Positions 53,672-64,000 of a DNA stretch of 64,000 bases are shown one piece after another. This DNA comes from Daphnia carinata. Taxonomy: Eukaryota. A program made the position numbers and the translations under genes. Location of the stretch: the NCBI RefSeq assembly GCF_022539665.2, contig NC_081334.1, forward strand, positions 1,550,001-1,614,000. Reading direction: 5' to 3'. The notes under the pieces are model-generated. The model saw nothing but the letters and a program-made list of their open reading frames with translations. It ran no database searches and was not told the DNA's origin. Numbering within the stretch: position 1 is the first letter of the stretch; every line of letters starts with the position of its first letter.

Positions 53672-56265
53672 TTATTTAGTGACATTCTTCCCACGACGTT
53701 TTGCAAACTTTGTACTTACTACTTTCCCTTTATTCGATTTTAGTTTGAATCCTTTCTTTTGTCTAGCCTGGTGATTACGTACAATTTTGGATTGGATTTC
53801 TTCTTTTACCGTGTTCTTGAGTCCATCCAAAGCTTTACGGAACTGTTCTTCGTAGACTTCAAACTCGTCGGTTTGCATGTCCAATGGAGTCACGTTTTTC
53901 TTTTCCGCCATTCCCAGCAATTTGTGAAATCCGTGCATCTAAAACGCCAACCGTTAATCACATGACGATTTCAAATAAGATAAATTACTATTTCCAAATT
54001 ACCTCTGAATCTACCAGTATAGTGATGGCAGTTCCAGGTCGTCCAGCACGAGCGGCTCGACCTGCTCTATGGATATAGTTCTTCACATATCTCGGAGAAT
54101 CGTAGGAAATCACGCAATCCACGACGCCTAAATCCATACCACGTGAGACTGCATCAGTACATACAAGTCTAAAAATGAGAAAAGAAAAGTTTGTTGTAAA
54201 TTTAAAGACATTAGCATCCGAAAATGTAAACCTTACAAGTCGATTTTGCCACTGGAGAAATCTTTGAGCAGTTTATCACGAGGGCCCTTTGATATTTCGG
54301 ACGAACATTCAGCCACTCTCAGGTCACCAAACTGTTTCAGCAGTTCACACAATCGATGAGTAGCTGCTCGTGAATTGGTGAAACAAAGCGTGGTGCGATA
54401 TTTGAATTTTTTCAGCAAACAGTACACGGCAAGTGGTTTCAGCATCGGTGGGCACTTGAAATAATGCTCTGTTAACTCGGCTGGCGTCGTGAATTTTCCC
54501 ACAAAATGATGGGATTCCTTTGTGTTATCTGAAACATCTGTTGACACGACGGAAGTGAACAACTTTGGTTGAAATAGACCGAGACGTGTCAATTTTTCAG
54601 GGTCCTGCGAAAGTGTGGCTGAAAATAGTAGTTTCTGGACAGATTTCTCCAGCGGAAGACTCAATTTTTGCGCAACTAAATGCGCCGACGATACACCGAT
54701 TGCCTTTTCGACGTGAAATAGCCAGTCGTTATGCTCTTCTTCCATAATCCTTTAACAGAAAAAAGTTAAGCATTAAGGCCACTGCAAAAACTTACACGTA
54801 CGTTTTACCTGTCTGCTTCGTCAATAATTAAATAACGTAAGGATTTTAGTGAGAATCCTGGTGTCCTTTGAAGATGATCCACCAATCGTCCAGGAGTACA
54901 GACGACAATGTCTGGTTTAGTTAGATACTGTCCAGTTTTACTTTTTCTAACCTGGAGAAATAGGATTATCGTTTGAACGTTCGGGAAAAGAAAAAATATA
55001 GAAAAAATTCAAACCAATAGCTGTTGTTCTTCATAAAATGAGGCTTGGCCTGATATAAGTGCTACTTGTAGATTGGTATCAGCGCAGAAAGAAGCGTACA
55101 CTCGATATACCTGCACTGCAAGATCGTGCACGGGCAACACTGCCAAACAACGCAACTGACGGACACTATGTCTCCATAAAGCCTTGACAACATGAAAAGA
55201 TTAGACAACTGACAAAGTTTTCGGGAGAAAATGGATACCTGAACTGTGGGCAATACAAATGCCAGCGTTTTGCCGCTTCCTGTAGGAGCGGACACGCACA
55301 TATCGCACGGCCTGAATAGTTGCTGCTGAGATTCCAATAACCATGGAATAACTTGTTGTTGCACTATATGAAAACAAGCACTTTAAAATATCGGCAAGCA
55401 AGTTTAGGGATATCGGACACATACCAGGAAAAAAGTGTTCAATTTTGTTTCTTTTTAGGGCTTCGATCAGAAATTTGTCAAGGCCAGTTATTTCTTTGAT
55501 TGGCACCTTATTTTTACTCAGGTCACATGATATGACTGAAGGCTTGGCAAGCCAAGTTGGTAAAACTCTGAAAACTTTATTATTTTTATTGGCTCTGAAT
55601 TCTTCCAAAATAGTAAAGCCTGTTCCAGGGGGCTCTTCTGTTTTTTCTAGATCAACATTTTCTAGCACTTCATCTTCTGGAGCATCTACAGGTAAATGAT
55701 TTTCATCATTGCTTTCAAGCTTTTGTTCTACTTTCTTCTTCTTTTTTTTCTTGGTTTTTTTTTCTTGGGATTCTAAATTGAGACCATTTTCTTCTTCTAA
55801 GGCTTTTTTCTTTTTCTTCTTAATCTTCTTAGGTTGTTCAAGCTCAGTTTCACCTCCATCTTCAACTGGTGCAGCAGCAACTTCTTTATTGACTTCTGTT
55901 TCAATTTTTGTATCAAGAACATCTGCATAGTTTGAGTCTTCAACATTTTTGGAATCTTCTAAATGCTTCCGCTTCTTTTTTCTCACTTGCCCGTCAGTTA
56001 CCTGTTCACTTTCAAAACTTGCATCTCCTATGTTGCTCACACCACTCCTGCTCTTTTTCGACGGTATTGTGTCATCTTTATTTTCGAGATCGCCATGTTG
56101 AACTGTTTTTCGATTCTTTCGTACCTTTGATCGAGCTAGAATCCTGGCTTCTCTTTCGGACAAACCGATTTCACTGCCAAAAGCGTAAAATTAATGTAAA
56201 TGAAAGGAAAATTCTATCACAGAAAGCTACGTGCCTTATTACCTATTTTCTGCAGTAGAGTACAT
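53672..56265 (-). CDS. DDX51: DEAD-box RNA helicase DDX51 (Dbp6-like)
   Basis: Lys/Glu-rich N-terminus, [58 protein letters not shown] and [10 protein letters not shown]. Confidence 0.92.
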
Positions 56266-57579
56266 GATTTTGAAAAACTTTTTGCTCAATCAGTAATCCA
56301 CATACATGAGTAACAAAACTCGAAAACAACTTGTCATTTGCACGTGTTAAAGAGCAGACGATATTGCCGGATTTCCCCCAATATAGTACGACAGCTAGTG
56401 GAAATATTTACAACCATTTTGAAATTCAGTCCTCGTCGGCATTGTCCCACGAGCACGAATTGTAACCACAAGTGGCTAACTTAATAGTCTCGACCTTCCT
56501 CTCAACATCATCCAAAAATTGTAAAAAAAAACTGGCCACGTTCTTATGGCTAACTCTGATTTCTCGTTAAGTCTCTATGTGAGTGAAGTAAAATGGAACA
56601 TTACTTGAATAGTAAAAATATTCAACAAGTACCAAACTGCAATCTTGTTTCGGCATAGGCCCACCACCACCAGCCTACAGCCCAAAATGGAAACCACAAC
56701 GTTTTCAAGAATTCAAAAGATAAATTTCCGGAACTTTCCGTCCTACCTCCTATTTATGCGAACACATTCTATTGCAAGAGGGAAAAAAAGAAAGACATCT
56801 CCATTTGATTAAAGTTCAATTCTATTTCAAGTTGGCAAACTCTTGAAAAAGTCCAAGAACAGAGCCTCGCTTACCCGAGAGAAGATTAATTTGCAATGGA
56901 TCCTGGAGTACATATGTATCACTGTTTATCGTAAACAAAGTAGGTGAACTGAAGGTGAACTGAAGTGGGTGGACTGACAGTTTCGCGATTCGATACAACT
57001 GCTATCTTATCGCGAATACTAACCTAATTTAAACCGGTTTAGAGAAACCATTGTCTCATCCGTTAGAACATAGTATCTGCTACGACCTTCATTTCACATT
57101 CGCCAGGATTCCGGAATTTTGATCTTAGGTATGGCATTTTAATCTATTTCAATGTTTGTCGATTAGTTTTATTTCTTTTTTTGCTTCGAGATAATTCTGT
57201 TAATTGCCCCAGTAATTGAACCATGATCCAATAAATTATATGGATCATGGCTGTAGTGTAGATTGTTTTGCATGAAAGAATGCTAATACGCCGCAAACGA
57301 ATCTGGGCAAGGCTAGTTTTTTCTGTTTGAATTATATTCTGTTTATCATTCTATTATTTGTCCCGAATCCACGTGATCCAAGTGAACACTTGCCATTGAA
57401 TATCTTACTATAGTCTTTCCATTTCCATTGTATAGAAAACTACAAATGAATTCAAATTTGTTTCTAGGAACAATAGACAGCCCCAAAGTTCTCCTGGTAA
57501 TAAAATCTTCGCTGTGGCTGTTTGAATTACACTGTTTCGAAGATGGCAAATGAGCTGTATTGATGAAAAGTCGAAGCGT

Positions 57580-59870
57580 CTACAAGTCAGACATTTGCAC
57601 GTGGAGAAAAATGGATGAGATTATTTCAGTGGACGACAGTGGTGCATGGCGGTAACCTGAAGCCAAGCTTTCTACAGGTAAACAATATGAAGCAAGCGTT
57701 TGTTTAATTTTAAAGGAGTCCACATATTTCACACTAAAGCAAATGACAGCCAGTTCTGGGAAACAAATTTTTACATTTTTAATTTCATTCCAGAAGGGAT
57801 TTAAACCGTTACCATTCATCAAGGAAGTTGTTCGAAATTTGTATGAATCCGATGGATGCCCGTCAATCTGTACGGAAACATAAAAATTGCCTTTTTTGGT
57901 TTGTCCAGGTCGTTTAGGGAGATTTTGGACGCTAATAATCCGCAACTGTAACATTTTACTTGACTTGCCCGTCGACGGAATCCTTGCAATTTTACCCAGC
58001 AGCCAAACCGGTTTGAGAACATATCCACAACTGCCGTTTCGGCGGAAACGACCAAAATTAATTTCGAGATATTTCCCAGGAGTCTGAAAATTTAATGCCA
58101 CCATTTGGCATCCAAAATTCCAGTAATAGACTGGATTGAAATTACTGGATGCGATTCGTGTGGCGGTGGGATAAACTCGCATCATTGTTTGGCATGTGGG
58201 ATTCAGCCTCGTTTCTTTAGGTAATTTTTTCAGGTAGGTTGTTGCTTCTATTTCAGACACTGAGACGACGGAATAGCACGGCATAATATGCCCAACCTTT
58301 TGGCCCTCCATCTTTTCAAAGCTGGGGAACGATTTACAAAAGTTAATGAGACACTGCAGGGCAGGAGAGCACACTTTGGCTCCGGTGACCTTTATAATAA
58401 TTTTCCCACGAAGTTGATTAGGCGAAAGGAGTGACGGTGTGTTTCCTGGATTTTCTTCGACAGCCCAGAACAGAGCAGGGCCGAAAATTTGGCGTAAATC
58501 TTGCGCGAATATAGTCTGCTGTAAATGTGACAAGTGATTCTCCACGGACAGAATCAAGGGGAAAGGAGAGAATTTAAACGCAAAAGGTTTGATTCCTTTA
58601 GACAACACATCACGAGCCAATAATTTGCTAGTCTTCGTATATCCATGGTAGACTATAGGTTGACTGTTTGGACCATCCCAGAGATCTTGAAGAAAAATTT
58701 GGCAACAATTAATGAGGCACACACCAGGAAGTGTAGCAAGTCACAAGGTTTACCTAGTTCAAGGCACCGGCAACCACGCTCCAAAGCGGAAGCGTAGCCT
58801 TCGATGCTACTTACGCCCATCAGCTGATCCCCCATCAGGTACGTATTGTGAGAACAGGAAATGTAATAATCGCTCAAAGGTCTATTCATATCTTGATTGA
58901 CTTGGAGATGTTCTTTTTTCAGAATATCAAAAAATGGTGAATTCATCATTAATTTGAATTCCGGTAAAGTCATTTCCGTTATGGCTTTTGTTTTTTGCAA
59001 TTTATGCTGTTTAATCAGCATTTGTGCAAAATGCAAATCGGCATGTTGAATTCCCTGTACTTCTTTTAGGAAATGGGCTAGACTGTAATCTGAGAGATTT
59101 GCATTGCCATCGGCGTAGTCTTGAAATATCGCGTTTAGTTCCGTTCGCTCGCTGACAAGGTTGTAAAATTGCAGAAACTCCTTCTCGTCAAGGACGTCTT
59201 TCTCCCTGTCTAGCCGGCTGTTTGTATAAGACAACTGAAATATTTTTGCGGCCTTCTGCGTTCCGATGTTGACATTAAGGTTACTCAACAGACGGCAGCA
59301 TTCGCGGAAATCCAGGAAGCCGGAACGATTTGTGTCTGCGTCTTTGAAAGCCCTTCTTAGCCATTCGCTTTTGTTTGAGCTGGATGCAAGAGCACGGATT
59401 TCGTCGATCAAAAAAGAGATGTTATTTACCCAAGTCTGAGCAATCGTCGAATCGTTGGCTTGTAAATCGAGACTTTGTCGTTGTCGTCCGTAAATGATGG
59501 ACAAACAGCAATCTTCCTTTAATTTAACATCAAATCGAAGTTCGAATTTTTTGCGAGCATTTTCACTGAAAACGTCGGTCTTCCAACCGTAACGAACATC
59601 CGTAATATCTGTTAGGTATATCTGTTTTGCGGGATTTGGTCCATGCACGAAACTTGCTAGTAGTTTAGCTGCATTTTTATCCAGTGAAACATGTACTTGT
59701 CGATCGTTTGAGCTACCTATTTCCAAAAACCAGGCTCCATTTTGAAGTAAAACGACGAGGTCTTTTCGCAAAGACTGCGAAATGATTTCACGATCAATGT
59801 CACACTTTTGTTGACTTGTGTCGTTATCGTTTGAGGTCGAATGCTCGGTGGGTGGAATTTTCGAAGCCAT
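57580..59870 (-). CDS. Phosphoinositide phospholipase C, delta-like (PH, EF-hand, X, Y, C2), two exons
   Basis: PH-like region, EF-hand DTNRSGFLDFRE and X box (YYISCSHNTYL, GCRCLEL-DLWDG, IVYHGYT, ILSVENH). Y box (RVYP...SSNFNP..YWNFGCQMVALNFQT) and C2 (NGLNPFWNE, GYRHAPL). Single intron at ~58682-58754. Confidence 0.92.
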
Positions 59871-60920
59871 AACACAACGTGTTCTAAGTTTTGTTTAAAT
59901 TTGAATTTAAGTTATTTGAATGCTTCATTTTTTCCCGTTTCAAAGTGAATTTTGTGTTAGAGTCGTTTGTGTGATGTTCACTTGCACTGAAAACTTTTTG
60001 AAGACTGAGTGGTACACTGTCAGAATTTCTTTTCTTTCCCGGATCCATTCGCCGTAACGAAATTTTCACCCTGAATTTTGAAACGGGAAGAGATATTGCA
60101 AAGTTTCTTTTTTGGGTCCAAAAAGTTATGATGAGATTGTGAAAGTCTAAAACCGATCTACAAATGCCCGCTTTCTAATAGAAGAACGACGATCAGTTAA
60201 ACAAAATAGTTAAGTTAGCAACCGGGACTAATGGCTTTAAATTTAGATCCCATAACATCGGAATTCTTATTGAAGGGCTTGACCCGGTTGCTAGGCGATT
60301 TAGTTCATACGCCAGGGCAATTTTCCATAGTCGTGTTGGAATGTAAAAAAAAAAGAAACAATAAAGTACTTAGAATGTGGGAGGTGATCACCAAGACGTT
60401 GTGGTTTGTTGGTTACGCTAGCAGATCACCCATTTTTACTAGAAAGCTATTCCACAGTGACCTCATAACGATCTGTGTCATTTTTTTATTTGAACGTCAG
60501 ATCGTTGCATCCGCATTTTATCTAGTACTAAGTTAAATTTCGTTCCAATGTTGGACTAATAGCTCTTCTAGTAGAAATTAAAGTATCACTCTAGTATTTT
60601 GGTAAATTTTCCTTATAATTTCAATGTAATTTCCTTGAACAGCAAGAATTTTGTAAAATAACCATTTATTGAGATTTTCCGAGCGTTAATAATAATGTAA
60701 AAACAGTTAAATAAAAATGTACCAAATGCCGATTACGAAAGTAAACATTCTTGGGGCTTATTTACATACAGCCATTGTAAATGGGAACGAATGTCATGCG
60801 CAAAACGATTAATTTAAAGGATACTCGATCATTTGTCTTTGAAAGGTAGACGCGATGAAATGGTTGTCGACACTATCAATCCACGAGGTTTTGTTCTGCG
60901 ATTTAAAAAGGGATGTTGAC

Positions 60921-61349
60921 TTATCGGGTCCAGCGGATGTGCGAGCACTGAGAATCCAAGCACAATTTTCCTGTACAAACAAAACTAGTGTTAAATTGTC
61001 CCTTTTTTTAAACAAAACAATGCTGTCTAGCGTAAATGTCAAAAATTGCTATTTCAACTGAAAAAGAACGAGAACTTACGTTGACGTTGATCTCTTGCAC
61101 CGGCGACTCCTGTTGAAAAATTCGAAATGCATTAGTTTGATGCAGTTGAGTTAACTCTTTCTTTTTTATTTTCCAATAGCAATATTTACCGCCTTCGTTG
61201 TCTGCCGGTGTGGGGTTGGCCAAGACGACTGCAGCCATCGAGAGACATACCACGAAGAACATCTGCAAGAAGACAAGAATTGTGTTCCACAAGAAAACAA
61301 GGTCTATCTTAGAAAAATATGTTGTTACCACAATGCGGATGAAGTTCAT
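60921..61349 (-). CDS. Small secreted peptide precursor, 57 aa, 4 exons
   Basis: TATATAAAG upstream (61441-61449). Phase-consistent GT-AG exons give MNFIRIVMFFVVCLSMAAVVLANPTPADNEGGVAGARDQRQRKLCLDSQCSHIRWTR*, and an AATAAA lies downstream. Confidence 0.65.
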
Positions 61350-63098
61350 TTTCTTAAAGATTGTCGAGCTGACTTGGGCTTGAATGCGGTAGAAGATGCT
61401 GTGAAGCAAGAATGATTGTTGAACGGAGACCAGCATATTCCTTTATATACGCGTTGATGTTGTCCCCTATCCTTGGGAGAGTTGGTTGAAAAGGAAGGCC
61501 CTTGAAAACAACCGTCTAGCATAAAGGGGAGGGAAATAGGCCAGACTTACTATAATGCGTAGTACCGATGCCTGGTTCTTACTAGTTTCTTGAATAATAA
61601 TAATAACTCCTTTCGCTTTAGCTGTCAACTCCTTTCTCGCCTATGACCTTTTACATCACCGTTCTGCATATTCTAATCTAAAGATTTTGTTGAAGAACAT
61701 GAACGCGCACATCTAAACCAGGTTCATCTGGTTAAGACCATATTTAGCGCGTAAACGGGATACGGCCGGAGCAAACCGGATGGATGGACTTCGTGTTGAA
61801 CGATAAGGAAACAGACAAGTCAGCATTATGTTCCCAAAGAAGAAGGGCTAAATGTATGGATGGAATTTATGTACCGGCGGCAATTCAAATTAAGGAAGAT
61901 TCCCATAAATATCTTTCTTTTTTTCCATTTTTTTTTTTTCATCCATTGTTGTACATAAGGGTTTGCATCGTAATTGGTTTCTGAAGTATTTTAAATGACG
62001 TGACATGAATTGCATGATTATTATGTAAATCGCACGCGCCGCTATCCCGAAATCGAATGATGCCAGCAGATACCTTTTTGAAGGCTCCCTTTCACGTTGT
62101 TTTTGTTTCACAAAAAAAAAAAATTGTTTTGGCTGTAGAAAGTGAAACGGTTGCACTGGCTGCATGATAGTCAATTTTTGGATCTCGATTTCCCGTCTGA
62201 ATACCCTACTGTATATTGCATACATGTAGTTTAGAGCTATTTCTAATGGAAATGGCCTTCTAATCGAGGCCATTCCTTATCGCCGCCCTCAATGTGTTGA
62301 TATCTTACTACAAGTACTCGGATAAAATGATTATTAGGTTTAGGCAACAAGTGCCAACAAAATGTCTTCAGTCCCATTGTCCTACAGCTAAAGGGTTAAA
62401 TTATATACTTCGTTGCAGAACCCATAATTTCAAATTTCGAACGCCTAGGGAAACGTGTACAGAAATAAACAATCAATTTTCTTGCAAGAAAAAATTATAA
62501 TAAGTTCAGTGATTGCTAGCTTTTAATGTTTCTTCTAAAATGCCACAAATTTCATGCAAATTTAATAAAGTTAAGAGTAAAATAGCCATCGAAAAGCTAA
62601 TCTTCGGATTCAAAACATTTGCTGTCGTCTGCTGGCCACGAAACTTGTTCGAAAATTTCCATAAAACGTGGAAATTTTATGTTTGTCTCTTCTTGTGAAA
62701 TCGTGTTTACTTCAGAGATTAGTGATAGAATCCACTCGCTTATTGAAGTAATTTAAAACTATAATATCAGATCACATCATCCGTATTCAAGTAGGTACTC
62801 TTATTATTCTTAACATGAAATGTCCATAAACAGACTGAAACAGACGCTGACTGTAAATGACATAAAGTTTGCTTCAGGAATGTATGTAATATTCATGGAC
62901 CATTGATGGCAATTCCGATCAAACTTGTAGAGTAGTTGTTTTTGCCAGTTGTTCGGTGTTCTTATAATCGAATGTACTTTAAAACCAAGAGCTTCATTTC
63001 TGTCATCTTTTTTTTGCATGTACTAGGCTATGTTCCAAGAGGGATCTATTGAAGTTCCTGTACATCATTTTAGATTCCCAGTTTAGAAAAGCTGCCCC

Positions 63099-64000
63099 AT
63101 GATGATGGGTAATTCCAAATCGAACCACTCAGGTGAAAATGAACCTTCTAAATCCAAAAGCCCTGATAAGCGAAACACAGCCAGCACTCATAAGACATCC
63201 AAAAATAAAAATTTGAATAAGCACAATCAAGACCAACACCAGCACGAGGAATTTTCCAGACATGCCAATACTGTTTCTAGTAATAATGGCTCTGCCTCAA
63301 AATCTTCAGAGTTACAATTGACTCGGCGACCACTAAGAAATAATTCAAGCAAAGAACCATACGAAACAGTTAATGCTGAACCAAATCATGTTCCATTGCT
63401 GGTTCCAAAAAAAGAAAATCCAGATTTTCATAGTGAAACAGTTTATCACATTTCAAGAGATCCTCGCATGACAGAAAATCCGATTCTGGATCATGCTGAC
63501 GACACGATTGATGATACTTCTAACGAAGCGTTTGATCAGAATTTAAGAAATGACTCCTCAGCACCCGCTGAACCTGTTCTCGATTTTCTTGTCGATGTCA
63601 ACATTGAACACGTAAAAAATGAAATCGATGAACTCGGCCTTACAGATAGCAGCGATTGGAAATCCAGGTTTTTAAATGGAAGAAACACCAACACAGAAGA
63701 AGGTGAAAAAAACTCCGATAACACTGGCTACGTTCGAATAAAAACAGAGCCGATCGAAGACCATGTGTTGCCCACTTCTGAACCGATTGAAGATGATCGT
63801 TGCTCTGTTGACTCGGGTTCTACCGTGGGTCTTCCTTCTCCTGAAAGAGCTTCTCCAACTCCATCGTGTCCTTCACCAATGCCTAATGAAGATAACCAGG
63901 CTAAGGTTGATCTAGAAGATTATACAACACTGAAAATCCCTCCGAATGGACAAGCAATCTCACCAGAACTTAAAAATGGCAAAACAGGTGTAGATTCAGT
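63099..64000 (+). CDS. Unidentified protein, 5' part (low-complexity, acidic), truncated by window end
   Basis: Stop-free frame of ~300 codons from MMMGNSKSNHSGENEPSKSK to the edge, with SUMO-consensus-like VKNE and IKTE. No family recognised. Confidence 0.7.
   Translation, partial: MMMGNSKSNHSGENEPSKSKSPDKRNTASTHKTSKNKNLNKHNQDQHQHEEFSRHANTVSSNNGSASKSSELQLTRRPLRNNSSKEPYETVNAEPNHVPLLVPKKENPDFHSETVYHISRDPRMTENPILDHADDTIDDTSNEAFDQNLRNDSSAPAEPVLDFLVDVNIEHVKNEIDELGLTDSSDWKSRFLNGRNTNTEEGEKNSDNTGYVRIKTEPIEDHVLPTSEPIEDDRCSVDSGSTVGLPSPERASPTPSCPSPMPNEDNQAKVDLEDYTTLKIPPNGQAISPELKNGKTGVDS

Noticed and set aside
55230..55238. U12-type donor in DDX51 (GTATCCATT)
   Set aside because: It deviates from GTATCCTT and there is no TCCTTAAC branch point.
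57221..57250. CCATGATCCA/TGGATCATGG hairpin
   Set aside because: An isolated 10-bp inverted repeat, probably a small transposon relic, with no evidence of function.

Overview
Eukaryotic, gene-dense, AT-rich animal DNA with many ~60-70 nt GT-AG introns. This fits a cladoceran crustacean such as Daphnia, which is an inference and was not checked. Genes in order: Plk4/SAK (-), SNF8 (+), delta/p120-catenin (-), a DUF547 protein (+), HDHD5/CECR5 (-), neuroglian (+), TRAPPC10 (+), RpL37 (-) with an intronic H/ACA snoRNA, AdoMetDC/AMD1 (+), DDX51 (-), a PLC-delta-like gene (-), a small secreted-peptide gene (-) and an unidentified ORF running off the right edge (+). The first 1 kb holds tRNA-derived SINE-like elements and a MITE with a highly structured interior. 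The strongest lead is the AdoMetDC locus. Its CDS ends Pro-Ser-UGA, followed by a stable stem-loop and an in-frame, stop-free 113-codon hydrophobic tail ending in KIS-stop. This suggests an invertebrate readthrough/stalling control resembling the vertebrate AMD1 tail. The enzyme also carries a large acidic loop insertion. Other leads are a PLC lacking the autoinhibitory X-Y linker, a 57-aa Cys-bridged secreted peptide, two FIGQY terminal exons in neuroglian and a possible poison micro-exon in SNF8. All exon coordinates were read by eye and may be off by a few bases.
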